Below are positions 1-13,007 of a stretch of DNA of 64,000 bases, in pieces. The position numbers and the translations under genes were made by a program. Position 1 is the first letter of the stretch; each line of letters opens with the position of its first letter. The notes beneath the pieces are model-generated. The model saw only the letters and a list, made by a program, of their open reading frames with translations, had not been told where the DNA came from and made no database searches. Source of the DNA: Octopus sinensis. Taxonomy: Eukaryota. The stretch lies in contig NC_043010.1 in assembly GCF_006345805.1 (NCBI RefSeq), positions 41,664,001-41,728,000 of the forward strand, read 5' to 3'.

Positions 1-640
1 TCGGCTAAAAAATCTGCTAAATGCAGAGTTATTGATGTTAGCCGAGATGTTAGCCAAGAGGTTAGTGCTTGTCGTCGATACTCTGGTAGGTGAGGCACAG
101 AGATGCGCCATACTAAACAGATCCATCCACAACTTCCATCTCACGTGACACATCATAAAAAGGTTAGGTAAAGAACCTGGAATGGGCGGGGCTCTCATCA
201 ATTTAGATCAATAAAAAGCATTTGGTAGGATCGACTATTGATACCTGGCGGCTGTCTTCAAAGCGGTCGGTTTCGGGCCTATTTGCAAGGGAAAGCAAGA
301 GCGGAGAAGAAGGTACTGTGACCCAGTAAATTTGTTGAAAGGTGAGTGAATGCAATGAGAATGATTCGAGCATGCGCCAGTAGACTGGAATTTACAGATG
401 AAAGAGAGAGAGGAGTACTTACCTATAGGGCATTTGATGAGCGGATAGACTCGGGGTCAGTGGGGTTTCTTAGTTGCTCCTGGGGAATTTCATTGCTTAC
501 AATTTTATTGTTGTTATTGTTTTATTGTTTGCACGTGTTTTATGTGAACCACCGCTGTCCTTTGTTTTGTACCGTCCTTTTGTTTTGTGTGTGGCTCTTG
601 TGGCTAATAACGAAGTTATTATTATTCGACTTAAATCAGG
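1..640 (+). mobile_element. Tx1/L1-clade LINE remnant (RT fragment joined to ORF2 3' end and T-rich 3' UTR)
   Basis: Frame from 16 reads LLNAELLMLAEMLAKRL...GALINLDQ*KAFGRIDY, matching the RT at 47290-48540 (LDQSKVFDRVDHQYL); in-frame stops. Confidence 0.8.
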
Positions 641-734
641 TTTAGTCCTACTCCTGGTAAAATTATGTAGATTACCTGTAATAATCCTTCTGGTAAGTAA
701 CGGGTTACTACCTGTAGTAATCCTTCAAGTGCTC

Positions 735-1600
735 AAATCTCCAATGTTTCTAAGAGACATTAATCTTTACTGTTTCGAAGAGATAAACTTTCCCTAGAAG
801 ATCTGCAGGACATTCCAATCCAATCTCCTTCAACCATTTCTCTACTCCATTACCCACAGTTACTAAGGTACCAATTATTACAAGCACAACTTTTACAGTT
901 TTCACACATCAAATTTTCACAATTTAAAATTTATTAAGAGATTATATTTAAAAAATTTTTCATCTTTCTTTCTTTTCAATCCTTGAATCAAATGGACATG
1001 ATGAATAAATTAATAAGAAACTTCGCTTTTCCTTGTCTATTATTGTTATGTTTGGTCTATCATTTTCTAGCTTCTTGTTGTTTGAAGAGGAAAATCAAAA
1101 TTTTGTATTTATTCGACTAAAGCATTCTCTCAACTTAATGGTTACACCAAATACTTCAAGCTTCAACACCCTCATTTCTGACTAAGTTTCCAGTGCAAAA
1201 CTTTCACAGCTTGGCAATGCCTCCATTTTGTTATATTCTCCCTGAGTCAACTTGGAGACACTCTGTATCAATGTGTGCCACTGTTTCATACCAGAATCCT
1301 CACACTTTGCATTCTGCTGACACCTTCCCATATGCATATTTTCTCATTTTGTTTGTTTTAACACTTGATCTTGAGCTGCTGTAATAAGGCTCTCTTTGTC
1401 CAATCAACAAAAGCTGCTGTGTATCTAAGTAATGATACTGCCCAAGTATTTACAGCCTTCACTAGATTCGGACCGTTTAGCTTTGACTTCATTAGCTTCG
1501 TCACCCTTCTAATGTACTCCTTCTTATGTACCACTTCTTATGTGGTAGTAGTAATAGTAGTAAGCCTCAGATAGTTCCTGGTTGAGTAGACTAAAGATCA
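735..1600 (-). mobile_element. R4/Dong-like (RLE) LINE remnant, internally deleted
   Basis: Minus-strand peptides KKEYIRRVTKLMKSKLNGPNLVKAVNTWAVSLLRY, LITAAQDQ and VKVVLVIIGTLVTVGNGVEKWLKEIGLECP; same family as 35010-36305. Confidence 0.75.
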
Positions 1601-2339
1601 AAAGGGTCCCATACATAATCCGGTCTTTTTATCAAAGCTTAATTTGTCCTTGCTTTTGTAAGTCGGTAAATGGTGAGCTAAGGAAGATTTGCTTGCTATT
1701 TCTTGCAAAGTCGACTGACCACGTAAATGCTTCTTGTGCAGAAGATGTTCAAAGAGAGGATGTATTGAGAAAAATGTTCATTATTTAATGGCTGAATGAT
1801 CTTATAGGTGTAGAACCCGAGGTGGCGCTGGAAAGCGCTTATGTTTAAATGACTGCGTGCTAGATTCTGTCATCGGACAGAGAGAATTCTGAACCACCGT
1901 CTTCACACACACACACGTATATGCATGCATACTTGTATATATGTATGTAGAAGGGGCATCTACGAAGTTTCTGTCTATCAAAGTTTTCTCATCTTAGTGA
2001 ATCAGAGTCTAAAATAGAAAACACTTGTGCAAGGTACTGCGCAATGTTATGGAACCCTGAAATACGTATTTGCAAAATATAATGTTTAGCCACACAGCCA
2101 TGCTAAACCCGAATGAATGCAACTGAAAATCTTAAGGAAGACTTCCTACAAATAAAATTTTGAAACGAAGGTTTAACTGTGTTGTGTATTTCACCAACCA
2201 GTTTTGGTTCACGGATTCCTAGCAGTGAAAGGTGCCCCTAAGTGACGCATTTGACTTTCTAGAAATAGTAGCCAAATTACCCTCAAATCACACTCCACGG
2301 ATATATGAAAAGAGCATATTAGATAATGTAGTTCTAGAT

Positions 2340-2652
2340 ATCACCTTGATCACCGTGACCGACCAGGCTATCTGATGTTGCTACACATCGCTGGTCACAA
2401 TGCGCTTCGCATTGTTTTAGCCTTCAAATGACGCCACCCCGCTGGCTAAGCGAGCAGGCCAACAGAAGAAAGAGTGAGAGAAAGTTGTGGCGAAAGAGTA
2501 CGGCAGGGATCGCCACTACCCCCTGCCAGAGCCTCGTGGAGCTTTTAGGTGTTTTCGCTCAATAAACACTCACAAGGCCCGGTCTGGGAATCGAAACCGC
2601 GATCCTACAACCGCGAGTCCGCTGCCCTAACCACTGGGCCATTACACCTCCA
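2340..2652 (-). mobile_element. tRNA-derived SINE (family C)
   Basis: tRNA-like head (..gcaatggcccagtggttagggcagcggactcgcgg..ttcgattccc); further copies at 52311-52898. Confidence 0.85.
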
Positions 2653-2894
2653 CAGTTCTAGATAAATTATCTGAAAATAAGCTGAGATTGTCATCGTAGA
2701 AATGTCTTTGGTCTTAGGTCTGGTCGATCCAGACTGATCTAGGATGAAACAATAACAATGGGAGGCGAAGGTGAAGAATTTTAGAACTGTGTCTTTATTT
2801 TTAATTTACAGCGTCATCTCAGATTACTAATATGGAGAAAACAACAAAACCAAACATCTTCCCTCAAAGAAAAATATAATGTAATTTTACATTA

Positions 2895-3125
2895 TACCCG
2901 TGGGCTGCGGGATCACTCCGAAAAGCTCTATCTACGACAATTTCATGTCAATCGAAGGAGAGGGGCTTTCTCCGTCCGGGTTGCGGATCCGTGGAATAAG
3001 CTGCCGGATGAGATAGTGAAGATGCCGACGACCGCTCGGTTCAAAGTCTCTCTTGACCAGAAATGGCCTGAACTCTTTGTATGACCACCCTCCCTGTACA
3101 TAACTCCCCGTCCCCCTACATCGCT
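2895..3125 (+). mobile_element. CR1/L2-type LINE 3' end
   Basis: GLRGHSEKLYLRQFHVNRRRGAFSVRVADPWNKLPDEIVKMPTTARFKVSLDQKW*, a typical CR1 ORF2 C-terminus. Confidence 0.8.
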
Positions 3126-3404
3126 TTGCTTTTTGCTTTTTGAGCCAATAAAATTAAATTTTAAAACAATTTTTTAAAAAAAATTTACTGTTTTCGCCGC
3201 CAAATGAAGTTTCTCTCAAATCATGAAACAGAAAGCTTTGTTAGCTTCGGTAGTCGTCAACAGAGAAGGAGTCGAAGCTGAACGGAATAAACTTTAACGT
3301 TAGGGAATCCTTATTTGCGGCTTTCATGAAGAATTTTACAAATAAGAGACCACATTATGGAAACGTTTCGTTATTTCACTCCAAAAACAAGTTTTAAAAT
3401 GCAG

Positions 3405-3736
3405 TCCACACACATGCACATACACACATACACACACACACGCACACACACACACACACACGCATACACACACACACAACACGCACACACGCACACACAC
3501 GCACACAACACGCACACACACACAACACACTCACACACGCACGCACGTACGATGGCATACACACACCACACACACACACACGCATGCATACACACACCAC
3601 TCACACACATACACACGCACACACACACACACACATACGCGCACGCACGATGGCATACACACACCACACACACACACACACACACATACACGATTCAAGA
3701 TTTAAAAATATACAATATGTGTGTGTATGTGAGCGT

Positions 3737-3768
<32 letters not shown>

Positions 3769-3790
3769 CTATGTGCGTGCGCGTGCGTGT
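3405..3790. repeat. Compound (CA)n/(TG)n microsatellite
   Basis: Direct reading; source of the HT/VC-repeat ORFs. Confidence 0.95.
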
Positions 3791-4097
3791 GTAAATGATA
3801 AACGGCGATTAAGTTTCCGGGAATGCTTCTCGTTTGATTGGCCTTTCAACCGGTAGCAGTAGCGAGTTGAAAATAACTGATAAAGAATGATTGATAGTGA
3901 TATGTCTGCACTTATGTCAGACACCGGGAGAGGTCCGTTTTGAAATACTCGAAGAAGAACTCAGATATGCACAGACATGCTGAACGAGTTCACTTTTTAA
4001 AAAGTTGAAGATTGAGATTGGATGGGGGATGACAAAAGTTACAGCATTCTGATCCATTCCTAAATGTCTTAACTAAAACTGCCCATATCTCTTTTCT

Positions 4098-4313
4098 CTC
4101 TTTTACTTGTTTCATTGATCTGACTGCGGCCATGCTGGAGCACCGCCTTTAATCGAGCAACTCGACTCCGGGACTTATTTATTCTTTTGTAAGCCCAGTA
4201 CTTATTCTATCGGTCTCTTTTGTCGAACCGCTAAGTAACGGGGACATAAACACACCAGCATCGGTTGTCAAGCAATGCTAGGGGGACAAACACAGACACA
4301 CAAACACACACGC

Positions 4314-4344
<31 letters not shown>

Positions 4345-4510
4345 TACGACGGGCTTCTTTCAGTTTCCGTCTACCAAATCCACTCACAAGGCTTTGGTCG
4401 GCCCGAGGCTATAGTAGAAGACACTTGCCCAAGGTGCCACGCAGTGGGACTGAACCCGGGACCATGTGGTTGGTAAACAAGCTACTTACCACACAGCCAC
4501 TCCTGCGCCC
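4098..4510 (-). mobile_element. tRNA-derived SINE (family B, internal CA/TA microsatellite)
   Basis: Near-identical to 38960-39367, 42995-43386 and 51333-51750; head gcgcaggagtggctgtgtggtaagtagc..ggttcagtccc. Confidence 0.9.
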
Positions 4511-4672
4511 ATGATGCTGACTATCACACTTTGGTCTCTCAATTTTCAAATATACCTTGGAAGCTGTTTATGGTATTTTCCAAGTGCGACGACAGAATGA
4601 GCTCTTTTATTCGGGCAGTGACTTACAGAGTACTTTGTAAGCCTTTTATGTAGCTTATTAGTATATTGGTGG

Positions 4673-4909
4673 AAGGCGGCGAGCTGGCAGAAACGTTAGC
4701 ACGCCGGGCGAAAAGCGTAGCCGTATTTCGTCTGAACCATCGTTACGTTCTGAGTTCAAATTCCGCCGAGGTCGACTTTGCCTTTCATCCTTTCGGGGTC
4801 GATAAATTAAGTACCAGTTACGCACTGGGGTCGATATAATCGACTTAATCCGTTTGCCTGTCCTTGTTTATCCTCTCTGTGTTTAGCCCCTTGTGGGTAG
4901 TAAAGAAAT
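4673..4909 (+). mobile_element. tRNA-derived SINE (family A, Meta-like core) with 17-bp TSD
   Basis: ggcggcgagctggcagaaacgttagc..gttcaaattcc..gtcgactttgcctttcatcctttcggggtcgataaattaagtacc; tattagtatattggtgg on both sides. Confidence 0.9.
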
Positions 4910-5145
4910 ATATTAGTATATTGGTGGTGAAAACGTTAGCGTAATATACGATGCTCTTTATGACAGGAGACCCTATATTTCTGCAATTGGTTGTCAGCTC
5001 CTATCTCTTTATGCTTGTCATTAGAGATATTTTTTTTATGTAGGTGTACCTCGCATTAAGGGTGATATTATTGGTTACATTGCTGGTGAAATTTATGGCC
5101 GCCAGTAAATGTTTCCCGGTTAGAGATAAGAAATATATTAGTATA

Positions 5146-5669
5146 CTAGCAGTATCGCCCGGCGTTGCTCGGGTTTGTAAGGGAAATAACTATATAAGCA
5201 TTTTAGTGAGTTATAGCAAAAAAATAGCAAAAAAATGCATTAAAAATGGAATAAAAAATGATGGTAATTTTGGTGTCTTCAAGCCATGAAGTCGTTGTTC
5301 TAAAAGAACGCTGGTCTCCTTGACAATGCTTTACGACGTTGATTTCCTTACACTCCCTTCCCCACAGCTTCACGAGGGAGGGAAGAAGGGAGAGAAGCAA
5401 CACAGGTGCAGGTGTGACCATGGACGCCAACTCCGCCGCCATCGACACACGAAACAATATGCGTTAAAATGTAAAAAAAAATAATGTTAAATTATTTTTA
5501 AAATCGTAGACTCATCGTAGACGCGCACTAATACCCAGACGGGCTCGATATGAATCACGACTATAAGATACCCGAATTTGGTTAAACTGCACCGCAAAAT
5601 GTGGGAGTAGTTAGGAATGTAAATCGTAGGAGACAGACACTCACACAACTACAGTTTTATATATATAGA
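5146..5669 (-). mobile_element. Non-autonomous Helitron (524 bp)
   Basis: Minus strand starts TC, ends CTAG, has subterminal hairpin cccgagcaacgccggg, inserted between A and T with no TSD. Confidence 0.9.
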
Positions 5670-6398
5670 TTGGTGGTGAAAACGTTAGCGTAATATACGA
5701 TGCTCTTTATGACAGGAGACCTATATTTCGGCAAGTGATCGTCAGCTCCTATCTCTTTATGCTTGTCATTAGAGATATTTTTTAAATTTAGGTGTACCTC
5801 GCATTAAGGGTGATATTATTGGTTACATTGCTGGTGAAATTTATGGCCGCCAGTAAATGTTTCTCGGTTAGAGATAAGAAATGTTTAGCACCACTTTTTT
5901 GTTGCTCCTGGATACACCATATAACGTTTCACAACCTGATGTTTTTAGAGCAGTTACAGATGGTAAATACATGATTCCTTCTTAGTATCTTCTATGCAAC
6001 AGTGCTTTGCTGAAGTAATCTGCAGCCTTATTAAAAATGGAATTAATAAAGTACAACAGAGACGCATAATCACTCACACTAGATACCTCTGATCTTCAAT
6101 AAATTTAGTAAGTCGGGACTGCATTCGTTGTATAGCGACTGTGATGTGAAGGTATATGAGCCGGTGCACATAGGTTTGCTTGCAGATGTGTTTGTTTATG
6201 CACAAGTGAACGAGTATTCTTATTGGTAGCTTATGTATCTTAGTCTCCGCTCTCTCCAGAAAATCGAAATGGCGCGAAGCTCGAAACGCAAGGAAAAGAA
6301 TTCTGTATGTGTGTAAGTTTGTGTGTGTGTGTGCGTGTTAATATATGCAATTGTATAAAGAAAGAAGTAATCACAAAAAATTGCGATGTCTATTATAT

Positions 6399-6444
6399 TT
6401 TATTAAACATAAACAGTACTTGGAATAGGTGTCAGCTCTTTATT
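6399..6444 (-). terminator. Two AATAAA polyadenylation signals downstream of the PAN-gene stop
   Basis: tttatt on + at 6439-6444 and 6399-6404, about 140-185 nt 3' of the TAA at 6587. Confidence 0.45.
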
Positions 6445-6586
6445 AAACACACTGCTATAAACTTGTCCTGTATTCAAATTAGTCAGCACAATCTGAAAAT
6501 AATAATAATAATAATAATTTAACAAGTGCTTCATGATTCACTGGAAGGTCTTTCAAGGAAATTATTTACAAAGATTTTGTTTCGCA

Positions 6587-6682
6587 TTATATTTGGAAGA
6601 GGTGAATGAGTAGCATGACAGACAAAATGCCATGCGGTATTTTATTGAGTCTCTTCACATTCTGCGTCGAAGTATCATTATG
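6587..6682 (-). CDS. PAN-domain gene, putative terminal exon 7 (phase 0): HNDTSTQNVKRLNKIPHGILSVMLLIHLFQI*, GPI-signal-like
   Basis: Acceptor ctattttcag|; phase matches the exon 6 donor; polar spacer then hydrophobic tail; AATAAA follows. Confidence 0.55.
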   Translation of the reverse strand, partial: HNDTSTQNVKRLNKIPHGILSVMLLIHLFQI

Positions 6683-6849
6683 CTGAAAATAGACGCTAAA
6701 TCGTCTCACCACTTTAAAAGCCACAAATTTACACACATGTTGAAATCGAGGGAACAAGCTAACGGCAATTAACAACAATATAGATAGCCCTGGATTAGCT
6801 AATTTCTGGATTTGCCCAATGGCTTTTCCTCATCAGCAGGGCATACATA

Positions 6850-8110
6850 CAGGAAATAAATGAGATATTTATACATACCCACAGGAAAGTAATCTAGAAT
6901 CGGATAAATTCTTTGGTTAAAATAATCCAATGTAGCAGTGACATGGGTATGGAATTTGGGAGTTCCAAAAGCTCAATGGTCAGTATGAAAAGTGGGAAGA
7001 AAGCTGTCACCGGAGAAACCATGAGGGAACCAAGAGATAGTAGATACAAGTATTTGGGGATTTTAGAATTCAACACTGAGCAGTTGCAGTGGTTAGATAA
7101 AGTGCGTCCATTCTCAGATGAACTGATGAAGAAATTTAAAAGTTGGATAGAAAGACGAGAAAGTTAATGATATTGTATGGAGTTTTACATCCTGAAGGAA
7201 ATATAAATAGAATGTATAAGAAGAGAAAAATGGTTGTAGAGGTTTAATCATTGTTGATTATTGTATAAGGAGTTGAAGGAGAACTCTTGCAGAATATTTG
7301 GTAAACATCGGCGAAGAGTTGCTGCGATATGTAGCAGAAGATATGTGTTTAAATGAAAATGAAATGCATAACCAATGAGCGGGAGAGAAGAGACAAGATC
7401 TTCTGGAAATAAGAATGTGTGGTCAGTTTGAAAGAGATACACAGGAAATCAAGAGTAAAACTTCACGGACAAGACTTAAACAAGGTGTGAAAGCCTTATA
7501 ATTGAAGCACAAGACCAAGTTCTTGTTACTAGTTCGGTAAAGTATAACATCTACAAAATTTCCAACACCCAAAAATGCAAACTATGAAAAAAGGATGTGG
7601 AAAAGTTTTGGACAAAAAGAATACTAGCGCCTCCGTGATAAAATCTGTATTTCCATTGGTTTTTATATCGTATATACCAATACGAAATAAAAAAAAATGT
7701 TATGGACATGAGGCTAGTAAAGTAATGCAAGAGGATGAGAAAGAAACGATATTCTGAGATTATAATTTTCAGACTGATAGAGTAATTGAACATAGCCGAT
7801 CGGACATGATCGTATTGGACAAGAAAGACAAATACTGTCATATCATTGACATGCCAAATAACATGAATATTGCGAGGTTGAAAAAAACCCACTAAGTACT
7901 CCGAACCGAAAGTACAGATTGCAAAACTGTTTGTAATGCGAGAGGGTAATGTAAAAGTGATAACAGTTGTTATAAAGGTATTAGGGTCAACCCTATTGAA
8001 ATTTCGAAACTTCTTAAAGCGGTTGGGAATTCCATGCAAGATCATACAAAAATCAGCCTTGCTAAGTACTGCGCACATTTGAAGGAATGTATTGTTGTCT
8101 TAAGTCCTTG
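6850..8110 (+). mobile_element. R4/Dong-like LINE, decayed RT 3' half plus RLE
   Basis: YKYLGILEF, EAQDQ, CK motif, PDMIVLDK, VITVVIKVLG..ALLSTAHI; many stops and frameshifts. Confidence 0.8.
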
Positions 8111-8876
8111 TGACGTGACAGATTACTAAATACTCCGGTGCATTTTCCATCTACAATGCATGACAAAGTTAGTAATTTTTGGGAACAGGGTAAGTCAATT
8201 ATATTGACCCCAATACTTGACTGGTGCTTATTGACCGGTCCCGAGTATTAATATTGTTCTACCTGTATTTAACAGAAATTCACTGGCGTCTTAAGTGAAA
8301 TAACGCAGCAATTACCACAAAGAATATTTACTCATATTTCGATATTTTTCAATATAAATAGAAAAACAAAAATTTTTTTATCATTGTGACACATGATATA
8401 ACGAAAAAGAGATCTTTTCGGTTTGAAAGACAGTTTTTAACATAATTTCTAGGTAACTAAAAATTTTTAAACTTCGTATACTGGTAGAATGTGTTTATAA
8501 AACATCTTTTTTTCTTGGCTTATTGAGAAAATTCTATAGTTTGTAAGATATTTGTTGATTTTTTCTTCAATTTCTGCAATTTCAAACAATCAATGACGGC
8601 CATTGAGGTAAAAAAACACTCTGTGCCGTATGAATATGTCCCTCGTTTAAAAAACAGATTGGGTTTATTTACATTTGTGAAAAAAAAAAGATACCCTTCC
8701 CCCACCCCTAACCCTAAGTCTAACCCTAACTAACTCTAACCCTAAAACAGATCGAAATGCAATAGATTGATATTAGGGTCATAATTATGGGTGACAATTT
8801 CATATGACACCGCTAGAAAAAACTCCCGTTCAAACCGAAAAGATCCCGAAAAAGAAATATTGTCATTCATACATAC

Positions 8877-8997
8877 CAAGCTAACTTCTAGCCCAATGCA
8901 ATTATCATTTACATCTATTTGTTGCAAACACCAAAGTAAGAAACTTTTCAATCTTCCTTGTCTTGTCAACATTTGGAAAGTGAATGTATCAACAACA
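8877..8997 (-). CDS. PAN-domain gene, putative exon 6 (phase 2-0): VVDTFTFQMLTRQGRLKSFLLWCLQQIDVNDNCIGLEVSL
   Basis: Acceptor atttcttttctag|, donor TTG|gtatgt; only the phase-2 frame is open, matching exon 5. Confidence 0.5.
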
Positions 8998-9394
8998 CTA
9001 GAAAAGAAATATAAATCTCATCATGAAATATAAAAATAGGGGTCCTGCGTTATTTGCTTGAATCATAGCTATGTGGAGAAAGTGATACAGTTTGAAATTT
9101 TCTATGTATTACGTATCATATGTGAAATAAAAGTCATCACAAATTTCTTTCTGGAATGTTATTAACAAACTTCCACCGAAGTATCTGTCGCGAATAATAT
9201 TCTTCAGGTTAATATTTTACTTTTTGCGACAAATTCTACAACCCACAAACTAATTCAATTCTTGACCAAATCAAATGCGGTTAAGTTCATTTAAAAGGGC
9301 CATTTCATTTCAAGCTATTGCAAATGAAACTCACAATAAAATGTGTGCTCAAAAATGATTTAGTAATGCATAGATGCAACTTCTAAGCAGTATA

Positions 9395-9610
9395 GTTCTT
9401 TTATTCTTTTATTCCTTTACCTGTTTCAGTCATTTGACTACGGCCATGCTGGAGCACCGCCTTTAGTAGAGCAAATCGACTCCAGGACTAAAGCCAAGTA
9501 CTTATTCTATCGGTCTTTTGCCGAATCTCTAACTTACGGGGACGTAAACACACCAGCATCGGTTGTCAAGAGATGTTGGGGTGGGTGTGGACAAACACAG
9601 ATACACAAGC
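9395..9610 (-). mobile_element. SINE family B, 3' half
   Basis: Identity with 4098-4300; a short 5' head of the same family reappears at 12030-12069. Confidence 0.85.
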
Positions 9611-9619
9611 ATACACACA

Positions 9620-10101
9620 CACATATATATACATATGCATATATATATACATACATATGCATATATATACATATATATACATACATATGCATATATATAC
9701 ATATATATACATACATATGCATATATATACATATATATACATACATATGCATATATATACATATATATACATACATATGCATATATATATACATATATAT
9801 TCATACATATGCATATATATATACATATATATTCATACATATGCATATATATACATACATATGCATATATATACACATACATATGCATATATATACATAC
9901 ATATGCATATACATATACATATATACATATGCATATATATACATATATATATATATAGATACATATGCATATATATACATACATATGCATATATATACAT
10001 ATATATATATATATACATATGCATATATATACATATATATACATGCATATATATACATATATATACATATATACATATGCATATATATACATATATACAT
10101 A

Positions 10102-10137
<36 letters not shown>
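9620..10137. repeat. TA/CATA/CATATG compound minisatellite (about 30-bp unit)
   Basis: Repeated atacatacatatgcatatatatacatatat. Confidence 0.95.
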
Positions 10138-10141
<4 letters not shown>

Positions 10142-11261
10142 CTTGTTATCAGTCGTAAGACACTTGTTGTTTTCACCGTTAATGCTTCTGTATTTCATGT
10201 TTCTGTATTCCATTATTGTTTTTTGTTTTTTTATATCTGTCCCTTTTGCTGTCCTGGTGTTCGTATGCATTCGATCCTTCTTCCAGGAAATCTACGCTTC
10301 CAGCTTAGTTTTTCTTGGAGGGCTGGCCGTGATCTAGTAATCTCAAGATTAATCAGCCGAAATTACTACGATGATCCGGTTCTTGACTGAAGACTGAGGG
10401 GTTCGAATGTCCTGTCCATGTTTATTGCATCGTCTTCTATGAGTTATACGTTCTTGTCCATGTTGTATTTTTCTACATACCTTAACATATATTCCAGGCG
10501 CCCCGTACCCCCTTTATCATTAATGTGAACACATATTCTTAATAATTGGTACGACTCTCTGTTTGTCTCTCTCTCTCTCTCATTTTTACTTTCTCTCTAT
10601 TCATCTTCTCTTTCCTCTGATCCTTTGGTCTAGTCTTCCACTACCCTCCTATTTCTTTGTCTCGCTCTGCACTCACAGGTCATTCTTCGACACCCATCCC
10701 TTCTCCTCTCTGATTCCTTCTTTCTCTCTCTTCTCTCTTTGTTGCGTTTTGTCCCCCTTTTCTCTCTCTCTCTTTCTTTTCTTTTCCCTCTTCTCTGTCA
10801 CGTGACTGTTGGCCGAAATCTGCCTTTCAGCTCCTGACCCTCGTCGTGTTAACATCGTTGTTCTTCGTCCGCCGCTATAAAGGCTTTTTCCAATGCGCCA
10901 GAGAAAAAATTTGTTTGCTTGTTATCAGTCGTAAGACACTTGTTGTTTTCACCGTTAATGCTTCTGTATTTCATGTTTCTGTATTCCATTATTGTTTTTT
11001 GTTTTTTTATATCTGTCCCTTTTGCTGTCCTGTTGTTCGTATGCATTCGATCCTTCTTCCAGGAAATCTACGCTTCCAGCTTAGTTTTTCTTGGAGGGCT
11101 GGCCGTGATCTAGTAATCTCAAGATTAATCAGCCGAAATTACTACGATGATCCGGTTCTTGACTGAAGACTGAGGGGTTCGAATGTCCTGTCCATGTTTA
11201 TTGCATCGTCTTCTATGAGTTATACGTTCTTGTCCATGTTGTATTTTTCTACATACCTTAA
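10138..11261. mobile_element. Non-autonomous element with two 348-bp direct repeats (pLTR/TRIM-like) inserted in (TA)n
   Basis: 10138-10485 and 10914-11261 show one visible mismatch; ~430-bp non-coding core; (TA)n on both flanks. Confidence 0.8.
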
Positions 11262-11281
11262 TATATATATATATATATATA

Positions 11282-12025
11282 CGGTTGTTTATTTGACCCC
11301 CCACGAGTGATAAACTTAATCACTGGCTTAAATTCTGCTAGCTCTCTTTCGATTATATCCTTTCTGAAAACGGCAATGGCGTCGAGGGTCCTAGAGTAGG
11401 TCTTCAAAACCACCGTCTTAATTTCAAGTTCTTTTAACTTTTTTTGGGGTGGTATAATTTCCCACTCCACCAACTTTTCATTGTTATTTTCCCATGTTTT
11501 TTTTTTTAAAAAGTCCAAAAATACAGTTCCTAAAATATAAAATAATTAAGGAAAAAGAAGGAAGAGGAAAAAAGACCAAACAAAAAGGAAGGAGAGAATT
11601 TTTTTTAATAAAAGATAGCTGAAGAAAAAGCAACAGTTCAAAACACAGCAAAGGCCCCTCGGTACTCCAGGCCAAAATTTAAACGCAATTGTAAAACAGT
11701 TAAAAAATCATTCCAATTTTCTTCTCATTGGTACTCCTTGACAAGAACAATGTTGTTGAAACACTATTTTCAAACAAAATTTTGCGGCAGGATACGCCCA
11801 CCAAACCAATAGTTTTCGCAATTAAGTGAAAAAATATTAACTCAGCTACAGGTAGACTAGAATCCAGTGAGGCCTTCTTGTTAGTAAAAAATAATTGCGA
11901 CAGACAACAGAGCCCCACTAGACACAAAAGATCTTACCTTACGGCTGAGTTTCAAAAATCTTCAATTGAAGACGACTTCAAAAGCACGTCTAACAGTGGC
12001 AAACATAACTCTGTCTCACCCATGC
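11282..12025 (-). mobile_element. Probable LINE (Tx1/L1) 5' UTR and ORF1 N-terminus
   Basis: ORF ..KTVVLKTYSRTLDAIAVFRKDIIERELAEFKPVIKFITRG, truncated at (TA)n; family assignment is inference. Confidence 0.45.
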
Positions 12026-12681
12026 ACAATGGTAAGCAAGCTACTTACCACACAGCCACTCCTGCGCCTATATTGTCTTATTTTTTTTCACTATTTTTGT
12101 TTTAATGGCTCTTTTTAAAAATCTCAAGGGGAGGAATTTAATTCTGTAAATCTAAATTTGACAGTAAACAAATAAGCAAGCAAACAAACAAACAAACAAA
12201 CGAAGAATCAAATTTATGGAGCAACAAGTGGTTAAATTTGAATAAGAGAAACGTTCCAATTTATCTTGTAACTATAAAAGTACGTTCTAATCTACCTCAT
12301 TTCTGCTCCACGCTAAGGCAACTAATTCAAAAGAAGCCCCCCACAAAAAAAGTAGTGAAAATAAGAGCCTATAATGGTAAACAGTGGTGGGGGTGTGGTC
12401 GTAGCTATGTGCGTTTGTTGTTTGTGATAGCTATACTTGTTTGTTGTTGGTATTTATGATAGTGTTCGTGGCGGTGACTACAATCATTCACAACCGTGAC
12501 GAATGCATTAAATTGTACAGCATTTTTTCAAAACAATTTTGATTCATAAAAATAATTCATTTTTTTCTCCATTGGCACTTTATTACTTACAAAATTATCA
12601 CCAGCTTCTTCATAACAATACCTTATCAAGATAATCACCACGGCAACAACACCAAACTATTACAGAACATATGCTTGTATG

Positions 12682-12740
<59 letters not shown>

Positions 12741-12775
12741 CGGAAATAAATAAACGTGTAAAAGAATATATAGAC

Positions 12776-12842
<67 letters not shown>

Positions 12843-12961
12843 GGAGTAAACACATAAATGTGAAACAAGGTGGAAAAAAGAGTACTCAAATACCAGTGGT
12901 AGAGTAATATGCTTTATTTAAATATATATATATTATATATATATTATATATTATATATATA

Positions 12962-13004
<43 letters not shown>

Positions 13005-13007
<3 letters not shown>

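Noticed and set aside
3336-3856. Long HT/VC/YI/MYVC-repeat ORFs here and at 9.5-10.4, 12.6, 19.2, 38.5, 50.5-53.9 and 61.1-61.8 kb
   Set aside because: Translations of (CA)n, (TA)n and (CATA)n microsatellites
6540-6680. C-type-lectin-like YFDAEC..FVC in an alternative frame of exon 7
   Set aside because: Contains stops; the phase-0 frame explains the segment better
12591-12656. Minus-strand phase 0-0 exon-like segment [22 protein letters not shown] with a gtaagt donor
   Set aside because: Phase is incompatible with flanking exons 5 and 6; weak acceptor
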